The notes beneath the pieces were generated by a model. It ran no database searches. It was given only the letters and a program-made list of their open reading frames with translations, and was not told the origin of the DNA. Shown piece after piece: positions 44,745 to 48,675 of a stretch of DNA of 48,675 nucleotides. A program made the position numbers and the translations under genes. The stretch spans positions 1 through 48,675 of the IMG/VR virus record IMGVR_UViG_3300030376_003143. One strand, given 5' to 3'. The DNA is from a virus (lineage: Duplodnaviria > Caudoviricetes). How positions within the stretch are numbered: the stretch's first letter is position 1; every line of letters starts with the position of its first letter.

Positions 44745-45143
44745 ATGGCAACAGTAAACGCATCAATTTCTTTGGCTAGCGATATTACGGACAGTAATAT
44801 TAACGTTAGCAACACCAGCACTTTATTTACAGCTGGTTCTACTACAGGTCTAAACACAATGACTTCTGTAACTAAAGTATTGTCAAGCACTTCTCAAGCT
44901 GACTTAATTACTACAGGTAGTGTTTCTACAACACACGCTTACGTATATATTAACAACCCTTCTTCAGATCACACTGAGTATTTTAAAATTACTATTGGAG
45001 CTCACGATGGTGGTGAGGTTGAAGAAATAGGTAGACTATACGGCGGCGACTGGATGTGGTTTCCTTGGGATGTAGATGACGATATAACCGTTATACCTAG
45101 TGTAGCTACCGATATGACAATTGAATATCAAGTATTTAGCTAA
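44745..45143 (+). CDS. Small putative virion protein, paralog 3 of 3
   Basis: MATV start; VYINN; IGRLYGGDWMWFPW; TIEY. Confidence 0.65.
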   Translation: MATVNASISLASDITDSNINVSNTSTLFTAGSTTGLNTMTSVTKVLSSTSQADLITTGSVSTTHAYVYINNPSSDHTEYFKITIGAHDGGEVEEIGRLYGGDWMWFPWDVDDDITVIPSVATDMTIEYQVFS

Positions 45144-45145
45144 AT

Positions 45146-45505
45146 ATGGCTGCAATAAGGAGACATAGCATAACCTACGACAGTGGGCTATTCCACAATG
45201 GGGTAGCCTCTGGAGTAGACATAGAGCTTTTGTTTCCTGGCGATGGTGTTAATAACATCAACTCTATATTAATAACTAACACCCACGCTTCAGCAGATGC
45301 TACTGTTAGTTTGTTTATACAAGATTCTCCTGCGGCGGCAGCATCTAAAACTTTCTTTTTAATAAGCTTAGTTAAGATACCGTCTGGTACGTCTCTTTTG
45401 TTAGACGATGCTAGTGTGTTTTCTTTTTCTAACAGCTCACCTACAGGCTTTGGTTTATACGCTACAGTAGGATCAACTGACACTGTAGATATATTAATAA
45501 ATTAA
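45146..45505 (+). CDS. Small beta-rich putative virion protein
   Basis: 119 aa; SILITNT...ATVSLFI...VKIPSGTSLLL pattern. Confidence 0.55.
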   Translation: MAAIRRHSITYDSGLFHNGVASGVDIELLFPGDGVNNINSILITNTHASADATVSLFIQDSPAAAASKTFFLISLVKIPSGTSLLLDDASVFSFSNSSPTGFGLYATVGSTDTVDILIN

Positions 45506-45508
45506 CCT

Positions 45509-47125
45509 ATGAAGTGGATAGGTCAACACATATACGATCTAATTGCTAGGTTTCGTAATGATGTCTATTTAGAAGATATTAGCACGGGCACTATTGCTAG
45601 TGGTGGAAACTTAGGCTTAGACTCGAACAACAAAATAGTAAAGAATACTGTAAGCAGTGGAACTACAGATCTGACCAGCGATGTAACAGGTACTTTGCCT
45701 GTTGGCAACGGTGGTACAGGAACTACTAGTTACCTTGATAATCAAATTATAGCTTACAACTCTAGCGCCGGAAAACTAGAAGGTCATAATCTTTTCTTTT
45801 CTACAGTAAGTTCTAACGTATATAAATTACAAATAGGAGATGGTAGTTCTACGAGCGCTATATTAAGCTCAGATAACAGCTCGCCCTTAGCTATTACCGT
45901 AGACCTAGCAAGTGGAGCTAATGTTGCCGGTAGTGATTTAACTCTTACGGCTGGGTTAAGCACTGGTACAGCAGCGGGTGGCAACATAATATTTAGGTCC
46001 AGCTCAACTGGAAGCTCAGGCTCTATACCAAACACTAACTCTGAACTTGTGCGTATAACAGGCGCTGGCAACGTTGGCATTGGAACTACAAGTCCTTTAT
46101 CACCACTACATATAGAAACTGCAGATGATGCTGTTATAAGATTAACATCTACAGACAACAAAGCTTATATTGCTTTATCAGATAATGATACTAACGGTTA
46201 TATTTCTTCTGAAAACAGTAAGCTATCTTTAGGTGCAAACGTCGGAGTTAACGCTAACAATTTTAACATTGACTTGTCTAATAACAAGGTTGGTATTGGA
46301 ACTAGTAGTCCCGACTCACTGCTTGAAATATCATCTAGTAGTGCTACAGACTTTTTAAAACTTACTTCAGGCGGTGGTAGTGCTACTCCAGTCAAACTTA
46401 TATTTGAAAAATCAGGTGCAGAACAAGGTATAATAGAATACAATAGAAACGGTGATTTAGAAATATACAATACTGATGGTGACGGTGGTGTAATGATAGA
46501 CGGGTCTGCCTCTGCAGGAGGCGATTTATATGTAAACAACGCTGGTAATGTAGGTATTGGTACAACAAGTCCAGGTGAAAAACTAGAAGTTGACGGTAAT
46601 ATAAAGGTAAGCGGTAACTTAGATATTGGAGGTAGTGTACAAAAACAAATACAAGTATTTCCAATGAACTTTGTAGATGACTTAGGTACAGATAAACATT
46701 TTATGCCGTTTGTAACCGCTAATGAGCAAACAGCTAATTATCAAGAAGAAGCTTGTATGGTTATGCCAGCAGACGGTAGAGTTGTATCTGTAACGGTACA
46801 CTACTCTCAAATGCACGGATCAGCAAGTGATATAACAGTTGGTATTGAAACATCACCTTGCGGTCAATCGTATACTAACGCTTGGACTGTAGAAGAAACT
46901 GCTGTACTATCAGCTTCGGCAAGTGACGATCACCACGTGTTTCATTTTGCTTTTGACAATGCTAAACATTTTGAATCCACAGAGAAAATGGCAATATCAA
47001 TACAACAATCTGTTGATTTGCAGAACGCTAGTAGATTTTTTTGGGTGACAGCCGTAGTAGAGTATGATTGGTCAACTTTCTTAGGAGGAAGTAACCCGGG
47101 TCAAGAATATACAACAACGCCTTAA
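45509..47125 (+). CDS. Putative tail/head fibre protein
   Basis: 538 aa; VTGTLPVGNGGTG; three (G/N)(N/K)VGIGT(T/S)SP repeats; distinct C-terminal globular domain. Confidence 0.7.
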   Translation: MKWIGQHIYDLIARFRNDVYLEDISTGTIASGGNLGLDSNNKIVKNTVSSGTTDLTSDVTGTLPVGNGGTGTTSYLDNQIIAYNSSAGKLEGHNLFFSTVSSNVYKLQIGDGSSTSAILSSDNSSPLAITVDLASGANVAGSDLTLTAGLSTGTAAGGNIIFRSSSTGSSGSIPNTNSELVRITGAGNVGIGTTSPLSPLHIETADDAVIRLTSTDNKAYIALSDNDTNGYISSENSKLSLGANVGVNANNFNIDLSNNKVGIGTSSPDSLLEISSSSATDFLKLTSGGGSATPVKLIFEKSGAEQGIIEYNRNGDLEIYNTDGDGGVMIDGSASAGGDLYVNNAGNVGIGTTSPGEKLEVDGNIKVSGNLDIGGSVQKQIQVFPMNFVDDLGTDKHFMPFVTANEQTANYQEEACMVMPADGRVVSVTVHYSQMHGSASDITVGIETSPCGQSYTNAWTVEETAVLSASASDDHHVFHFAFDNAKHFESTEKMAISIQQSVDLQNASRFFWVTAVVEYDWSTFLGGSNPGQEYTTTP

Positions 47126-47140
47126 CGTAACTCCTTAGCC

Positions 47141-47452
47141 ATGAAATACTTACTTATAATATCGCTATCTTTAATTATAATACAAGCGCCTGTGTTTAAG
47201 AAAGACTACGCATATCACTTTGCGGCTGGTTATCTTACAGCGCACGCTACAAGAGGTATTATAGTAGAATACACTGACAACGAAAAGCTTATAAAGTTTG
47301 GACCGTTGGTTGCGGCTATAACTATTGGTGTAGCTAAAGAGCTTAAAGATAAGTATGACTCAAACCCTAAGTCTACGTTCGAGTGGCAAGATATGATTTA
47401 CACGGCTGGTGGTGGGGTGACATTAATTAGCTTTACCATAAACAAAAGATAA
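47141..47452 (+). CDS. Small membrane protein, YfiM/DUF2279-like
   Basis: Hydrophobic N-terminus; HFAAG...IGVAKELKD...WQDMIYTAGG motif. Confidence 0.55.
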   Translation: MKYLLIISLSLIIIQAPVFKKDYAYHFAAGYLTAHATRGIIVEYTDNEKLIKFGPLVAAITIGVAKELKDKYDSNPKSTFEWQDMIYTAGGGVTLISFTINKR

Positions 47453-47461
47453 CAATTACTT

Positions 47462-47506
47462 AATATAGAAAACGGCCCACAAGGTGATTATAACCCTATG
47501 GACCGT
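47462..47506 (-). terminator. Intrinsic terminator of the minus-strand transcription unit
   Basis: On the minus strand, ACGGTCCATAGGGT-TATAATC-ACCTTGTGGGCCGT (14-bp stem, 3 G:U pairs) followed by TTTCTATATT. Confidence 0.7.
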
Positions 47507-47568
47507 AAAATTGATATAAGCAAAGCGCTTTACGTAGCGATAATGATTATCGTTTACGTTATAGCTAT

Positions 47569-47760
47569 TTAATTAGCTACAGCGTTCTTTTGCTCTTGAA
47601 CAGCAACTCTAACTTTTTGAGCTAGATCTTTAATTGTTTGCATATTCTTGCGGACTCTAGTTCCAGCCGACATATTGCCTTCTTCAAACTTTTCTAAGTC
47701 AGTCACACCTTGTTCTAAGGTGTCCGCCATGTTTTGATACAATTTTTCTAATTCAGTCAT
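47569..47760 (-). CDS. Histone H1-like (Hc1-family) small DNA-binding protein
   Basis: EKFEEGNMSAGTRVRK matches the GNxxAGTRxRK motif of Bacteroidota Hc1-like proteins. Confidence 0.65.
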   Translation of the reverse strand: MTELEKLYQNMADTLEQGVTDLEKFEEGNMSAGTRVRKNMQTIKDLAQKVRVAVQEQKNAVAN

Positions 47761-47776
47761 AATAAATAAAATTAAA

Positions 47777-48675
47777 TTAAACTACTTCACAGTTACCACC
47801 AGCACAAGCAAGCTCGCCTGATAGATCTGTGTTGTCATCTAGCTCAACCACTTTGGTCAAGTCTACGTTAGATAACACTTTGGACATTTTATTAAACTTA
47901 GCTTCGTCAACGTCCTCAAACGGAGCCTGAGTATACGTACCACCATTGTATGGCAATACTGATAGACCATTGTAATGATCTCTATTATCCCACATCCAAT
48001 CACCAGCCTCATCCCACTCTTCATCTTTCAATGATATGGTAGCCGACACATTGTGGGAATTAGAACCAACACGATGACCTGGCTTCACCCATTCAGTAGC
48101 AACGCGCTTCACTCTCTCAAGTGTATCGAAAGGCGATTCAGTTCTTAGTATTGATCCTTCAGGAGCTTTTTGAGGCACAGAAATAACCGCAGTGTCGTGA
48201 GGTCTGAAGTACTCGTCTTCAATTAACTCAGGGTGATGTACAGATAAATATGTATATATAGCCTCATTCTTTCCTACACGCATCCTACGGACATAATAAT
48301 CATTATGCCAAGCATGAATGCCTGAAGATGTTCCTAGTACCAGAGATGTCGTTCCTGCAGGCTTTACAGTTGTACATCTTGCTGACTTATTTATTCCGAT
48401 TACCTTAGCAACACGGGCGTTTTCACGCTTAACAATATCAGCAGCTTTGGTCATGTCATAATTTAATACGGCGCCAGAGCCGATACCAGTCATTGACACT
48501 CCGATCAATGCATCTTTTTCAGTTGTCTCTTTCCATATCTCTCTCAAGTAATGGAAGTCGGTGTAACCTGCTTGCAGCGTTCCTATAAACGCAGCGGCTT
48601 TCACCCTCGCGTTAAAGTCATCTTGATCTTTAATATCAGAGACATTAACTTCGCATAAGTTACAAAACTGAAAAG
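47777..48675 (-). CDS. nrdJ: Class II (adenosylcobalamin-dependent) ribonucleotide reductase, 5'-truncated by the window edge
   Basis: Frame stays open to the window end (FQFCNLCEVN...); TTVKPAGTTS; C-terminal ACAGGNCEVV cysteine pair. Confidence 0.85.
   Translation of the reverse strand, partial: FQFCNLCEVNVSDIKDQDDFNARVKAAAFIGTLQAGYTDFHYLREIWKETTEKDALIGVSMTGIGSGAVLNYDMTKAADIVKRENARVAKVIGINKSARCTTVKPAGTTSLVLGTSSGIHAWHNDYYVRRMRVGKNEAIYTYLSVHHPELIEDEYFRPHDTAVISVPQKAPEGSILRTESPFDTLERVKRVATEWVKPGHRVGSNSHNVSATISLKDEEWDEAGDWMWDNRDHYNGLSVLPYNGGTYTQAPFEDVDEAKFNKMSKVLSNVDLTKVVELDDNTDLSGELACAGGNCEVV

Noticed and set aside
508-46664. Numerous short minus-strand and alternative-frame ORFs in the track (e.g. 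689..1048, 9354..9647, 24241..24588, 24929..25285, 43537..43827, 45784..46161)
   Set aside because: They overlap well-supported plus-strand genes and lack recognisable motifs; most likely shadow ORFs
1-48675. Genome-wide stop-codon reassignment (TAG or TGA) as in some crAss-like phages
   Set aside because: Very long ORFs are intact under code 11, coding density is near complete, and TAG (twice doubled) and TGA occur at real gene ends
1-48675. tRNA genes, introns, inteins, integrase or transposase
   Set aside because: Intergenic gaps are mostly too short, no cloverleaf was seen, and terL and the visible part of nrdJ appear uninterrupted

Overview
This window is a 48.7-kb segment of an AT-rich tailed dsDNA phage genome, read in the standard genetic code. 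Almost all of it is one plus-strand morphogenesis region. In order it encodes a holin-like protein, two paralogous modular fibre/receptor-binding proteins, a tandem GroES-like protein, terminase, an ~800-aa portal, scaffold, major capsid protein, podovirus-type tail ring/tube proteins, a 2907-aa muzzle-like protein and three putative ejected proteins, the largest a 2565-aa multi-domain protein. After these come small basic proteins, a four-gene envelope/secretion cassette, a DUF5675-like lysin, three tandem paralogous small proteins and another fibre. This region converges on a minus-strand unit with an Hc1-like protein and a class II ribonucleotide reductase that runs off the window end. Gene order and sizes resemble crAss-like and Cellulophaga-type podoviruses. 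A Bacteroidota (probably flavobacterial) host is inferred from SD-less AT-rich start regions, Gln-after-signal-peptide proteins and a type IX secretion C-terminal domain. The main leads are: (1) a translationally coupled cassette encoding a membrane protein, a CxxC-less thioredoxin fold, a Cys-repeat T9SS cargo and an outer-membrane beta-barrel; (2) an ejected polyprotein with zincin, sigma-like, PD-(D/E)xK, HAD and Zn-finger motifs; (3) identical 15-23-nt DNA blocks at module boundaries of the fibre genes; (4) a heptad plus hendecad repeat protein resembling a DNA-pilot tube. All family assignments come from motif recognition by eye; no searches were run.
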